Shown here piece by piece: positions 1 through 9,347 of a stretch of DNA of 38,508 bases. Every line of letters starts with the position of its first letter. Position 1 is the first letter of the stretch. The stretch covers positions 10,210-48,717 of the forward strand of contig JAHFUG010000003.1 of NCBI GenBank assembly GCA_023265195.1. Direction: 5' to 3'. The notes below the pieces were generated by a model. That model saw only the letters and a program-made list of their open reading frames with translations, was not told the DNA's origin and ran no database searches. Position numbers and translations under genes: made by a program. Origin of the DNA: Blastocatellia bacterium. GTDB taxonomy: Bacteria; Acidobacteriota; Blastocatellia; UBA7656.

Positions 1-15
1 ATTCATAGGGGCCGA

Positions 16-1008
16 TCACCTGCCGCTTAGCCAACCGCGGCGTTTGTTCTTGGAACCGTAATAGTAGGTCGCTTCTTCGTTGAATACTTCGGCGACGTTA
101 AGTACGACTCCCACCCGTCTCTCTTTTGGAACGAGCTTGAGGGCGTCCGTAACCGCGCTATGATGAGTTCGGCATGCTCGAACCACCAGCACCGTTCCAT
201 CCGCCAATGAGGCCAGTCTCTGCGCATCGGCGAATTCCGTGATCGGCGGCGCGTCGATTATCACGAAATCGAAGAGAGACTCGATCTCATCCAGCACGCC
301 TTCGACTCTTGACGACGTAAGCACGTCGCCCGCCGAAAGATTCGGCGCGTCCCCGATGCTTCGATCGGCTAGCACGTACATGCCGTGCGGCTTGATTCTC
401 ACTATCGAGTTGAGCACGGTGGACCGGCCTTCCACGACGCCCATCAGGCCGTGTGGCGATCTAAGGCCGAGCATTCGACAGATCGAAGGGCGCCGGAGAT
501 CCGCGTCGAGCAATAACACTCTCTTGCCCGACTGTTTGGCCATCACCCACGCTAGGTTGGCAGCCACGGTTGTCTTGCCCTCGCCTTCGAGAGCGCTCGT
601 GATTAGCAGCGACTTACGCTTGTGTTTCGCCCCAAGATTGATCAGGCGAACGGCCAGCGTGTTGTACCGTTCTCTTGCCAGGTCTTCCCGCTCGATAAGC
701 CCGGCGAGATGTTGATCGACCTTGAGGTCGCTAATGGAGAAGGATTGCAGCGGCTCTACGAACTCCGGCATGCCCCTGGAAAAATCGCCCACCCTCAAAT
801 TAGATCCGGCCGAGCTTGGACGGCTTTCCCCTCTGCTTGTCCGCGAACGATCTCGTTCGGCGCCGGTCTGCTCGGACAACAACTCCGCGTGCAGATTGAA
901 ATCACTGGCGGCGTTGGCGTCTACAGCGCCTCGAGGTTCGGCTGGGGACCGGTGTAGTTCATCGGTTATTCGTCCAGCTTTGACCAACGCTTTATAAACT
1001 CTTCCCAT
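16..1008 (-). CDS. CpsD/CapB-family bacterial tyrosine kinase (stand-alone Wzc kinase domain)
   Basis: Walker A SALEGEGKTT, Walker A' LLLDADLRRP, Walker B VIIDAPP, C-terminal Tyr cluster TYYYG; lies in a polysaccharide-export gene run. Confidence 0.9.
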   Translation of the reverse strand: MGRVYKALVKAGRITDELHRSPAEPRGAVDANAASDFNLHAELLSEQTGAERDRSRTSRGESRPSSAGSNLRVGDFSRGMPEFVEPLQSFSISDLKVDQHLAGLIEREDLARERYNTLAVRLINLGAKHKRKSLLITSALEGEGKTTVAANLAWVMAKQSGKRVLLLDADLRRPSICRMLGLRSPHGLMGVVEGRSTVLNSIVRIKPHGMYVLADRSIGDAPNLSAGDVLTSSRVEGVLDEIESLFDFVIIDAPPITEFADAQRLASLADGTVLVVRACRTHHSAVTDALKLVPKERRVGVVLNVAEVFNEEATYYYGSKNKRRGWLSGR

Positions 1009-1033
1009 TGAATCCGTTCCCGTTCAGGCGGTC

Positions 1034-2092
1034 TTATGTCCTTGCCACGCGCGCGCGCGAAAAGAAGCGTTGAGAAGCGTCGGGCTGCGCACTAACTCGC
1101 GCCTCGCTCGATTCGACGCCGGGCCGCCCGGAGCCGGACGCGCTAAGGTCTCGCCTTATGTAGCGAACATTTGTCGGCGGCCGCGCGTCGCGGTTGGCCG
1201 CCACAGCCGCTTCTTCGTTCCGATGCGTTTGATTCGACGCCGAGTCCGAGAGATCAATCCGCCCCGTCAGTGGCGACGAAATATCCGCTGCGTCAAGGTC
1301 CAACAAGTCGACCACCTCGTGGATAATCGAGGGCGTGATTACTTTGCAGCCGCTGCTGAATCCGCTTAGCAGCGCGTTATCGCAAATGTTGTTGATGATT
1401 CGTGGTATCCCGGCTGAGAACCTATAAACAGCCGCGATTGACTCAACCTCGAAGATGTTCGGGTCAATTGCCCCCGCGATTCTCAATCGCCAGGCTATAT
1501 ACTCGGCCGTCTCGCGTGGGGTCAGCGGCTGAATCTCGCTCCTTAAACTTATGCGCTGTTTGAGCTGCCTAAGCTCCGGCTGAGCGAACACGTCTCGAAG
1601 CTCGGGCTGACCGCACAGTATGATTTGAAATAGCTTTTCGCGGTTGGTTTCATAGTTCGACATCAGCCTGATCTCTTCCAGGAGGGGTCGCGGCAGCAGG
1701 TGCGCTTCGTCCACGACAAGGACCGTCCGAAGTCCTCGCTGGTGACGGGTCAGCAGGAAGTAACCGAGCATTCTCAGCGTCTCGGCCTTCGAGGGTTGAT
1801 GACGGAGGCGGAACTCGCTCGCCAGCATAGCGTAGAAGTCGCCAGTGCTCAGCAGAGGATTGAATATGTACGCCGCCGCAACGGAGTGATCCAGCGACTG
1901 GAGCATCGAGCGAAGCACGAGGGTTTTTCCAGTGCCGACCTCTCCGGTCATGAGCACTACGCCTTTGCCGTGCTCGATGCAATACTGAAGGTTTGCGAAA
2001 ACTTCCAACAGGCTCTCAGTTCGGAAGAGATATCTTGGATCAGGAGCCAGGCTGAACGGTACGTCATGCAATCCGTAGAAGTGTCGATACAT
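1034..2092 (-). CDS. ExeA/GspA-family AAA ATPase
   Basis: N-terminus MYRHFYGLHDVPFSLAPDPRYLF, Walker A GEVGTGKT, Walker B VVDEAH, LCGQPEL and GIPRIINNICDNALL motifs. Confidence 0.9.
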   Translation of the reverse strand: MYRHFYGLHDVPFSLAPDPRYLFRTESLLEVFANLQYCIEHGKGVVLMTGEVGTGKTLVLRSMLQSLDHSVAAAYIFNPLLSTGDFYAMLASEFRLRHQPSKAETLRMLGYFLLTRHQRGLRTVLVVDEAHLLPRPLLEEIRLMSNYETNREKLFQIILCGQPELRDVFAQPELRQLKQRISLRSEIQPLTPRETAEYIAWRLRIAGAIDPNIFEVESIAAVYRFSAGIPRIINNICDNALLSGFSSGCKVITPSIIHEVVDLLDLDAADISSPLTGRIDLSDSASNQTHRNEEAAVAANRDARPPTNVRYIRRDLSASGSGRPGVESSEARVSAQPDASQRFFSRARVART

Positions 2093-2153
2093 TGATCCCT
2101 CGTAAGAAATCTGTTTCTTTCGTCAACCTGAAATGGCCAATGGCCCTTCGCTT

Positions 2154-3776
2154 TCACTTCTTTCCGATCAAATTGAACAGGTTGGTAACGACGAACGCCT
2201 TGGCGAGAACCGCCGTAATGGCGGTAGCGGCGGCGGTGCATAATGCGAACTTCAGCCACATACTCCAGGCGTGTAGCCTTTGTTCCTTTGGGGATTCAGT
2301 CAACGGTATCGAGGCAAGGAGGGGCAGCTTGGCGTAATACTCTACGTCCCTTGCGTCCTGCAGGGTGGGTAGCCGCCGCAATTCCGCCGCAAGCCCGAAG
2401 CAAAGTCCCACCGCGAGTCCGGCGGCGGCCGCCACAAGAAAGAGGAGGCGCCGGTTTGGCGACACCGGAAGCTGAGGAAGGTTCGCTTGATCCAGCACTC
2501 TGAACTGTTCGGCGTGCGCGCTGCCAATCGTCTGAAGCTTGAGTTGCGCGTCCTGAAGCTTGCCGATCACTTCCTTGTAATTCTGTTTGAGCCCGAGATA
2601 ATCCTGGGCCATGCGGGCCGAGCCCGCGTCGCGGGGAACGCCGCTCGCGACAGCAGCCCCGGCCGAGGCCGCGATTCGGTTCTGAGGAGGGTTGGCGAGA
2701 ACGCGGTCTATCTCGCGGCCGGCCACTTCCAATTCGATCTTGTAGCGATTACGCTCGCTTTCAAGAGCACGCAGTTCGCGCTCCTCGGCTGTCTGCGTCG
2801 TCATTCCCTGATCCTGCTTCGCCAGTTCGGCAATGGCGCGATTGATGGATGCTATCTGTTCGTCGACCGCGATAACTCTCGGGTGCTTGTCCGTCAGTCC
2901 TTGCTGCTTCACGTAGTTCTCGCGTATGCCTTGCAGTTCCGCGCGCTTCGCCACCAAAGCGCCGTAAGTCGGGTTGTCACGAGGAACCGCGCTCTTCTTT
3001 TGCCGTTCGACAATGGCGCGCTGTTCGGCGATTCTGCGGTCGACATCGGCCATCTGCTGCTGCAGTTTGTACTGCTGGTCTTTCAACGCCCCGAGCGTCA
3101 TTTGCTGGGATCGAATCGCATCCAGCGATGGCTGGACCGATCTCGAGCCGCCCGCGGGCGGCGGCAGGGGCGAGTCTTCCTTCAAGGAGATGAGCCAAGG
3201 CGAGCGCTGCTCGAGGTCATGCAACTGTCCGGAGAGTTCGCCCGCGCGCTTTTGGAGGATCGATATCTCGCCCGATGCTTGTGACGCCATCGCCTGGACA
3301 TTCTCCGCGATCAACTGGTCCGCCAGCGCCGCCGTAACAGTTTGGGAAGTTTCCGGATCGCGGGATCGATAGGATATCGTGAATCCTTCAGTCACCTCCG
3401 GCCGAGTGGAGTTCACGTCCACTTCGATGTCGCTCCGCATACGCGAAATGATGCGATCCGCCGGCTCGCCAGTTTCTTTCAGTTCTTCATACAACCCGTG
3501 ACTCTCGATCAAACCCTCGAGGCGGGTGCGGCTGGTTACTTGTTGGCGGATGGTGGCCAGGCGGCGCGAGACGTCGATTGGCGAGCGCTCGCTGCCGCCA
3601 TCGCTCTGTGGCGATTCCACAATGATGAACGTGGAAGATTCGTATATGTTGGGAATCTGCTTGATTGCTATGAAGGAGGCCACGATGAGCATCAAAGCGG
3701 GAGTTGCTATCAGCAGCTTTCGGCGGCGAGCAGCCTTGATGTAGTCGGTGAGGGATCGAGGTCTGATTGAATCCAT
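2154..3776 (-). CDS. Wzz/GumC-type polysaccharide chain-length determinant (co-polymerase)
   Basis: N- and C-terminal TM segments around a long coiled-coil; YESSTFIIV, TDKHPRVI and EQFRVLDQANLPQLPVSPNR motifs; no fused kinase domain. Confidence 0.88.
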   Translation of the reverse strand: MDSIRPRSLTDYIKAARRRKLLIATPALMLIVASFIAIKQIPNIYESSTFIIVESPQSDGGSERSPIDVSRRLATIRQQVTSRTRLEGLIESHGLYEELKETGEPADRIISRMRSDIEVDVNSTRPEVTEGFTISYRSRDPETSQTVTAALADQLIAENVQAMASQASGEISILQKRAGELSGQLHDLEQRSPWLISLKEDSPLPPPAGGSRSVQPSLDAIRSQQMTLGALKDQQYKLQQQMADVDRRIAEQRAIVERQKKSAVPRDNPTYGALVAKRAELQGIRENYVKQQGLTDKHPRVIAVDEQIASINRAIAELAKQDQGMTTQTAEERELRALESERNRYKIELEVAGREIDRVLANPPQNRIAASAGAAVASGVPRDAGSARMAQDYLGLKQNYKEVIGKLQDAQLKLQTIGSAHAEQFRVLDQANLPQLPVSPNRRLLFLVAAAAGLAVGLCFGLAAELRRLPTLQDARDVEYYAKLPLLASIPLTESPKEQRLHAWSMWLKFALCTAAATAITAVLAKAFVVTNLFNLIGKK

Positions 3777-3979
3777 ATCTTCGTCTTATGTTCTTCCTGA
3801 GAATAGAACTCGGCGGCCTCATCAGCAGGGTTCCGGGCTGGATTGAGGTCACGGCAATGAAAAGTCCAATTTCTTTGGGTTTCCAGACGACATTAGTAAT
3901 GGACCTCCCCAAGCGAGTGATGGTGTCGAGGCGCCAATCATTGACGGCTGAAGCGCTGCCTGTAGTCCGCTAAAAACTG

Positions 3980-4008
3980 TTGACATTGGAGAATTCATAC
4001 CTTATAAA
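3980..4008 (+). promoter_or_regulatory. Sigma70-type promoter upstream of the LuxR gene
   Basis: TTGACA (3980-3985), 17-bp spacer, TATAAA (4003-4008). Confidence 0.65.
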
Positions 4009-4180
4009 CGAAGCGCGAAGCTGCCGTAAGGTCGATTTGTTTGTGCGTTCGGTCCAGACGGTGTTTTGTTACCCTCCCAAAGCTCCTTGCCCCTCAGAAA
4101 CAGGTTGTCGGCCGGACTATTAGACCCGGTCAAGATGTTTGCTTTCGGCCCTCTGGCTCCCCGCAAAGAGGATTCTTTCT

Positions 4181-4813
4181 ATGTTAGCTCATGGGTCATA
4201 CGTGATTGCAACGGCGGAGAACCTGCCGCCTGCCGAGGGAACTGAGAGATTAGATTGCCTGGCGACCGCATTGAATGAAATCAATGAAGGCGTGATATTC
4301 CTGAACTCGGATCCCCAGATTGTCTGGTACAACCGAGCCTTCGATAAACTCACCGTCGAAAACCGCGAAGGCCTCGTGCTAGTAGCCGCCGTTATCGAAC
4401 TCGCGAAAGACTTTCGGCAAGACCTTCGACTGTCCCACGACATAGGCAAGGACAACAACTCCTACTCCACTTCCCGCAGCGTTGTCGCGGGCGGAATTTC
4501 TCACAGGCTTCACTGCACCCTGATGCCGAAGGGCATGTTCGGCGCGGAAGCGTACCTTCTGTGCCTTGTGAAAAGATCGGCTTCCCGTTGGTCCAGCTAC
4601 GAGCAGCACCTGCGGCAAACCTGGAGTCTGACCGAGCGAGAAGCCCAAGTCGCCGTCGAATGCCTGCAAGGCAAAAAGAACCTCGAGATAGCGGAATGTC
4701 TCAAAATCAGCGTAGAGACCGTTAACAAACACCTGGATAAGGTTTATCAGAAGGTAAGCGTCAGAGGCAGGTCTGAACTGGCTTCAAGATTATTGGACAG
4801 CAGTATCATGTAA
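4181..4813 (+). CDS. LuxR-family HTH regulator with PAS-like N-terminal region
   Basis: C-terminal LTEREAQVA...GKKNLEIAECLKISVETVNKHLDKVYQKVSV; N-terminal ALNEINEGVIFLNSDPQIVWYNRAF is PAS-like. ATG 4181 follows GAGGA; the ORF is open from 4139. Confidence 0.85.
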   Translation: MLAHGSYVIATAENLPPAEGTERLDCLATALNEINEGVIFLNSDPQIVWYNRAFDKLTVENREGLVLVAAVIELAKDFRQDLRLSHDIGKDNNSYSTSRSVVAGGISHRLHCTLMPKGMFGAEAYLLCLVKRSASRWSSYEQHLRQTWSLTEREAQVAVECLQGKKNLEIAECLKISVETVNKHLDKVYQKVSVRGRSELASRLLDSSIM

Positions 4814-5051
4814 CATGTTGTAACTTGGAATTGAAATGGCCGCCGAAGCGGCTCGGTCCCAGAGTATGCAGCAGACTCTACGCCGCGCCTTGATCCTTCG
4901 CACAACGCATCACTTCATGCAACGGTCACGGAGCGCCGAACCGCGGCAGTCAGGCTGAGCCATTTGTTATTGAAACAACTGGCGATGAGTGAAGTCCCTG
5001 GAGACCGCCCTCGGAGCCGTTTGTATGAGTTTCCAAACTGTTGGCATACGA

Positions 5052-5219
5052 TTAAGAGTGGATATCGAAGAAGGCGTCTATGCTCTCCAGCAGTTGATTC
5101 TTTATCTGAGTTTTGGTTCCCTCGATCGTGTGAAGGGTCACCTGCCTGGTCTGCCCGTCATCCATCAAGACCTGCCCGTGCTCAACCGCCGCGACCTCGC
5201 CTTCGCCAACTAGCCTCAT
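5052..5219 (-). CDS. Small hypothetical protein (55 aa)
   Basis: MRLVGEGEVAAVEHGQVLMDDGQTRQVTLHTIEGTKTQIKNQLLESIDAFFDIHS reads as a beta-hairpin plus amphipathic helix; ATG at 5219 inside the longer ORF 5052-5312. Confidence 0.55.
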   Translation of the reverse strand: MRLVGEGEVAAVEHGQVLMDDGQTRQVTLHTIEGTKTQIKNQLLESIDAFFDIHS

Positions 5220-5647
5220 TCCATACACAAGCGTCAATCGATCCAAGGTCACCTCCCTGGCGCCGCAAATTATGGCGCCGGTTCTTCCACAACTCTCCTG
5301 GCCATTCTCCACCCTCGAGTTCCGCGTCTTTCCAACATCGAAGGGCCAAAGGCCGTTTCGCGGTTCAGCGTATGATCCGGAAGATCAAGGGTACGGCAAG
5401 AACCGGCCTCCCTTGCTCGCCCCTACTTTGAGCCAAGAGAGTCGTTTTCTCAAGAGAGTTCGGTACGAGCCAGTCCCTGCGACCTGGCCATCACTATGGA
5501 GATGTAAAGAATAAGTTCCCGTCTTGAGAGTCTGCGCGAGAATGAATGTGCGGACCGCCCAGAAAAAAAATACCCCGGCATTTGGTTGATGAAAAGCTCG
5601 ACCGCAATCATATTCATAGACTGCGAGCCGGTGGGCCACACTTCTAT

Positions 5648-6193
5648 ATGGAAATCGTGACTTCAAACTGTCCTGGTTGCGGCGCTGAACTGGAGCTTCC
5701 GCTTTCATTCGACAATGTAATCTGCCGAAGGTGCGGCGCCGCCTACCGAGCATCCCATCACAAGAACGCCGTGCACCTCCATCGCATAGATCGTTTTGCC
5801 GATAGCGAAGAAGCCGAACTCGCTGCTGAACTGGACTCCGCCATTGTTGAAATCGACGAACAGATAGCCAACATCAAAGAGGAAATCGAGACAATTCGCA
5901 GCCGCGAGCAGGGGGCCTCATTGCAATTGGGCTGCGCGGTCTTCGGCGCATTCGGAGCGGTGATCATAGTCCTGGCCATTTTTGTGACCGTCGGCCGCGG
6001 CTACTTCGGCGGCGTCTTATTCTACTCGGCGCTGGCCGCGGTCTTGATTATGGCCGGAATGCGACTGAAGACCAAGCTCCTGACCCGTCCCCAAAAGGAG
6101 ATGCTGCGTCATGAAAGACGCGATATGGAGCAGGCGCTCGCCGCGCTAGCGTCGGATCGCGAAAGACTGGCCGGTCTCAGAGTCGAAGAATAA
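5648..6193 (+). CDS. Zn-ribbon, coiled-coil, two-TM membrane protein
   Basis: CPGC...CRRC immediately after ATG 5648, acidic coiled-coil, two hydrophobic segments, C-terminal coiled-coil. Confidence 0.75.
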   Translation: MEIVTSNCPGCGAELELPLSFDNVICRRCGAAYRASHHKNAVHLHRIDRFADSEEAELAAELDSAIVEIDEQIANIKEEIETIRSREQGASLQLGCAVFGAFGAVIIVLAIFVTVGRGYFGGVLFYSALAAVLIMAGMRLKTKLLTRPQKEMLRHERRDMEQALAALASDRERLAGLRVEE

Positions 6194-6413
6194 CGGTTCA
6201 CAAAAGAGGCCGGAGCCCTCACGCAGGCTCTTCGTTTCCCGCATCAGGTCGAGCCAATACAATCGCCGGAAGAACACAGGCGCCGCACGGACAGCCCTCC
6301 GGCCGCTTTTCGCATCAAAAGCGTCGGTGACAACAAGAAGACGGGTAGAAGCAAAAGGCTGCCGGAAGGAAGTAGAGGAAGTGGATGAGAATCCAAGGAG
6401 GTGTCAGACAGTC

Positions 6414-6968
6414 ATGTTTAGAAAGAGCGGCATAACAATAATGCTGGTAGCTATCGCGCTTTCGGCGATGCGAGTGGCTGCGGCTACGCCGGAACCCAAC
6501 CCACAGTCTCTCAACGATCTCCAACGGAACGAACGTATTCGCAAGGAACTCGCGACGTTGCCTTACTACGGTGTTTTCGACAATCTCTCCTTTGAAGTAA
6601 ATGGCGGAACCGTGACCCTGACTGGGCAGGTTGTTCGCCCAATCACAAGATCCGGCGCCGAGCAACGAGTCACGAAGACGGCGGGCGTGACCAACGTAAT
6701 CAACAACATTGAAGTACTTCCGCTTTCGACCTTCGATGACTCGATTCGACTGGCGGCCTATAGGGCGATATTCCGAACAGATGGTCTCTACCGGTACGCG
6801 ATGGGAGCGAACCCCGCGATCCACATTGTGGTCAATCATGGCCACATCATACTGGAAGGGGTTGTGTCGAGCGCGTTCGAAAGTCAAACGGCCTTCCTGG
6901 CGGCGAATGGGGTGTCAGGCGTCTTCTCCGTAACAAACAACTTGCGTGTCGAGCATGCAAGAACTTAA
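6414..6968 (+). CDS. Secreted BON-domain (OsmY-like) protein, two BON domains
   Basis: AGGAGGTG RBS then ATG 6414; signal peptide; GTVTLTGQV...GVTNVINNIEV and GHIILEGVV...GVFSVTNNLRV. Confidence 0.9.
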   Translation: MFRKSGITIMLVAIALSAMRVAAATPEPNPQSLNDLQRNERIRKELATLPYYGVFDNLSFEVNGGTVTLTGQVVRPITRSGAEQRVTKTAGVTNVINNIEVLPLSTFDDSIRLAAYRAIFRTDGLYRYAMGANPAIHIVVNHGHIILEGVVSSAFESQTAFLAANGVSGVFSVTNNLRVEHART

Positions 6969-6976
6969 GGTATTCA

Positions 6977-7005
6977 GGGCGGGTCAACCGGGCCCGCCCC
7001 TTTTT
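6977..7005 (+). terminator. Intrinsic terminator after the BON gene
   Basis: GGGCGGGTC-AACCG-GGCCCGCCC stem-loop followed by CTTTTT. Confidence 0.7.
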
Positions 7006-7076
7006 GGACCCAACTCGCGGATGACGCGAAGGCGGAAGGTCCGGCGAATCAATTGCTCCGGAGGTCAAGGAATAGA

Positions 7077-8549
7077 ATGAGTCAGAAACTTGGAGTCACG
7101 CTTAATCGCTTGTCTCGCGCACGGGTCATTGCGTATTCCCTTGCGCTTTTGTTGGTAGTAGGGGCGGGCATAGCCGGCCATCGCATTGTGCTGAGTCAGC
7201 AAGCTCAGCCAGCCCAGTTGCCGGCGCCTTCCGACCTTTCTCGCGCGTTCATCAGCGTTGCAAAGCAAATCAAACCCGCGGTGGTCAATATAGACGTCAA
7301 GGAAAAGGCGAAGCGCTCGCGCTTCGAGAACATTCCACAGATACCTGGGTTCCCGCCCTTCGATGGTCAACGCGGACCGCAGCGGGGGACCGGCTCTGGG
7401 ATAATCATCAGCGCGGACGGCTACATACTTACGAATAATCACGTGGCGGGTGAGGCTGACGAAATCAAAGTCAGGCTCTCCGACAGCCGCGAATTCAAAG
7501 CAAAACGCATCGGAACCGATCAGGACACGGACCTCGCGGTCATCAAAATAGAAGCCGAGGGCTTGCCGTTCGCGAGACTCGGCAACTCCGACAAGGTCGA
7601 GCAGGGAGAGTGGGTGATCGCGCTAGGCAGCCCGTTCGGTCTGGAGCAAACAATGACCGCGGGCATTATCTCCGCGACTGGACGCGACATTTCACCAGAC
7701 CCCACCAAGCAATTTCGAGACGTCAGTTATATTCAAACCGATGCATCGATCAATCCGGGTAACTCCGGAGGACCGCTGGTCAACATGAACGGCGAGGTTA
7801 TCGGCATCAATACGTGGATAGTCTCGGGGACCGGGGCGAGTTCCGGCGTCGGCTTCGCTATACCGGTCAACACCGCGTCGAAGGTTTATTCCCAGCTCGT
7901 GAAGTCCGGCAGGGTAACGAGGGGCTACCTGGGCGTTTCCATGCAGGCGGTGAACCCAGCCATCGCTAAAAACAATGGCTTGAGCGGCACTGACGGCGCC
8001 TTGATCAACGACCTGGCTCAAGACCCGGGGACGCCAGCGGCCAAGGCGGGATTGCGGAGCGGCGACGTGATCGTCGAGTTTGATGGCAAGCCGGTCAAGT
8101 CTCCAAAGAACCTTACTGAGTTCGTTGCGGAAACACCCGTTGGTAAGGTTGTTCCGCTCAAGTATGTTCGCGATGGCAAAATGGAAATCGCGTCGGTGAA
8201 GATCGCCGAGAGACCTCACGACACCGAAATCGCAAAGGGCGAAGGGGCCGAGGATAATCAACCAACCGGTAAGCTTGGCATTTCGGTCTCGCCGGTAACT
8301 CCCGAGCTTGCCCGTGAACTCAAGCTGAGGGTTGGCGGCGGAGTCGTTGTGGAGAACGTTGATCCGAATGGACCTGCCGCTGACGCAGGGTTGCGGCGCG
8401 GCGACGTTATTCACAGGGTCGATCGGATTCCGGTTAATTCGAGAGGCGAACTCGTGAGCGCGCTTAACGCGGTCAAGGGCGAGAAGGAAATCGTGCTACA
8501 GGTCGAGCGCGGAGGGCAGCTTTCTTTCGTGACCGTCCAGTTCGAATGA
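7077..8549 (+). CDS. htrA: Do/DegP/HtrA-family serine protease with two PDZ domains
   Basis: TNNHV (His), DLAVIK (Asp), TDASINPGNSGGPL (Ser); RGYLGV and GKLGI PDZ starts; N-terminal TM/signal segment. Confidence 0.93.
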   Translation: MSQKLGVTLNRLSRARVIAYSLALLLVVGAGIAGHRIVLSQQAQPAQLPAPSDLSRAFISVAKQIKPAVVNIDVKEKAKRSRFENIPQIPGFPPFDGQRGPQRGTGSGIIISADGYILTNNHVAGEADEIKVRLSDSREFKAKRIGTDQDTDLAVIKIEAEGLPFARLGNSDKVEQGEWVIALGSPFGLEQTMTAGIISATGRDISPDPTKQFRDVSYIQTDASINPGNSGGPLVNMNGEVIGINTWIVSGTGASSGVGFAIPVNTASKVYSQLVKSGRVTRGYLGVSMQAVNPAIAKNNGLSGTDGALINDLAQDPGTPAAKAGLRSGDVIVEFDGKPVKSPKNLTEFVAETPVGKVVPLKYVRDGKMEIASVKIAERPHDTEIAKGEGAEDNQPTGKLGISVSPVTPELARELKLRVGGGVVVENVDPNGPAADAGLRRGDVIHRVDRIPVNSRGELVSALNAVKGEKEIVLQVERGGQLSFVTVQFE

Positions 8550-8578
8550 TAGACCGGTTCCGGGATATAAACGGCGGA

Positions 8579-8608
8579 AGGGGCAGTCCGTTGCAGGCTG
8601 CCCTTTTT
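8579..8608 (+). terminator. Intrinsic terminator between convergent genes
   Basis: GGGCAGTC...GGCTGCCC stem followed by TTTTT. Confidence 0.7.
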
Positions 8609-8621
8609 CGTTGCGCCTCGA

Positions 8622-8999
8622 TTACTTGAATTCGAGCCCGCAGTTGAGACACTTATTTGGTTCTTTAACCAGGAGGAAGAGCAGCGAGAAGCAGAGCACT
8701 AACAGGAAGCCAACCACACTCGCTATGATGGCCCATACCGGAATTCCTCCCTTGAGAATACTGGTGGAGCCGCATCGCGGACACGCAATCTGGCCGGCCG
8801 CGCGCCTTGAAACTCTTTGAGGAAGAGGTGGCGGCGCCGCAGGAGGATAGTAGCTCCCGTATGAGTTGGCGTTAGCTGGAGGAACCGAGGGAATGTACCC
8901 GGAAATAGGATCTTGGACGGCTTGCGTCAGTGAAGCGGAACAGTTGCGGCAGAAGTTAGATCCCTCCCGGTTCTCGGCTAAGCACTTTGGGCATTGCAT
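8622..8999 (-). CDS. Zn-ribbon protein with C-terminal LITAF-like membrane Zn-finger
   Basis: CPKC/CRNC ribbon, Pro/Tyr-rich linker (SYYPPAAPPP), then CPRC, a long hydrophobic stretch and CLNC. Confidence 0.75.
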   Translation of the reverse strand: MQCPKCLAENREGSNFCRNCSASLTQAVQDPISGYIPSVPPANANSYGSYYPPAAPPPLPQRVSRRAAGQIACPRCGSTSILKGGIPVWAIIASVVGFLLVLCFSLLFLLVKEPNKCLNCGLEFK

Positions 9000-9347
9000 A
9001 GTTCTTTTCTACCTGATTCCGCGTTTCCAATCAGAAACCAGCTTCCTGTTTAAGCTTCAAAAATAGTTTTTGCAATGATCTGAGTAAACGAAAAGCTCGC
9101 CACGCAGATTAATCTCTGTTTCGGTTGAAGTCAACGCCCATCCCGCGCTCGGGTGTTTAGCGGTAGTGAGCGACTGCATGGGATGTCTAAACGAACTGCC
9201 CGCTTGTCGTCATTTTTCGGTTCATTTCCTAGTTGAGCCCGTGGAGTAATGCGGCAAGCCATCAACTTTCTCGCACGTCCACGGCCGTCCATCGCCACTA
9301 TTGAAATCCTCCGCGGCTCCAAGTGACGCGGCTTTCAAGCCCGAAGG

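Noticed and set aside
4964-5514. Plus-strand ORFs 4964-5431, 4989-5213 and 5272-5514
   Set aside because: No recognisable motifs; they overlap or abut the more protein-like minus-strand frame.
5313-5640. Structured ncRNA (for example 6S) in the divergent gap
   Set aside because: Only a short TCTCAAGA/TCTTGAGA pairing was seen; not enough without a covariance search.
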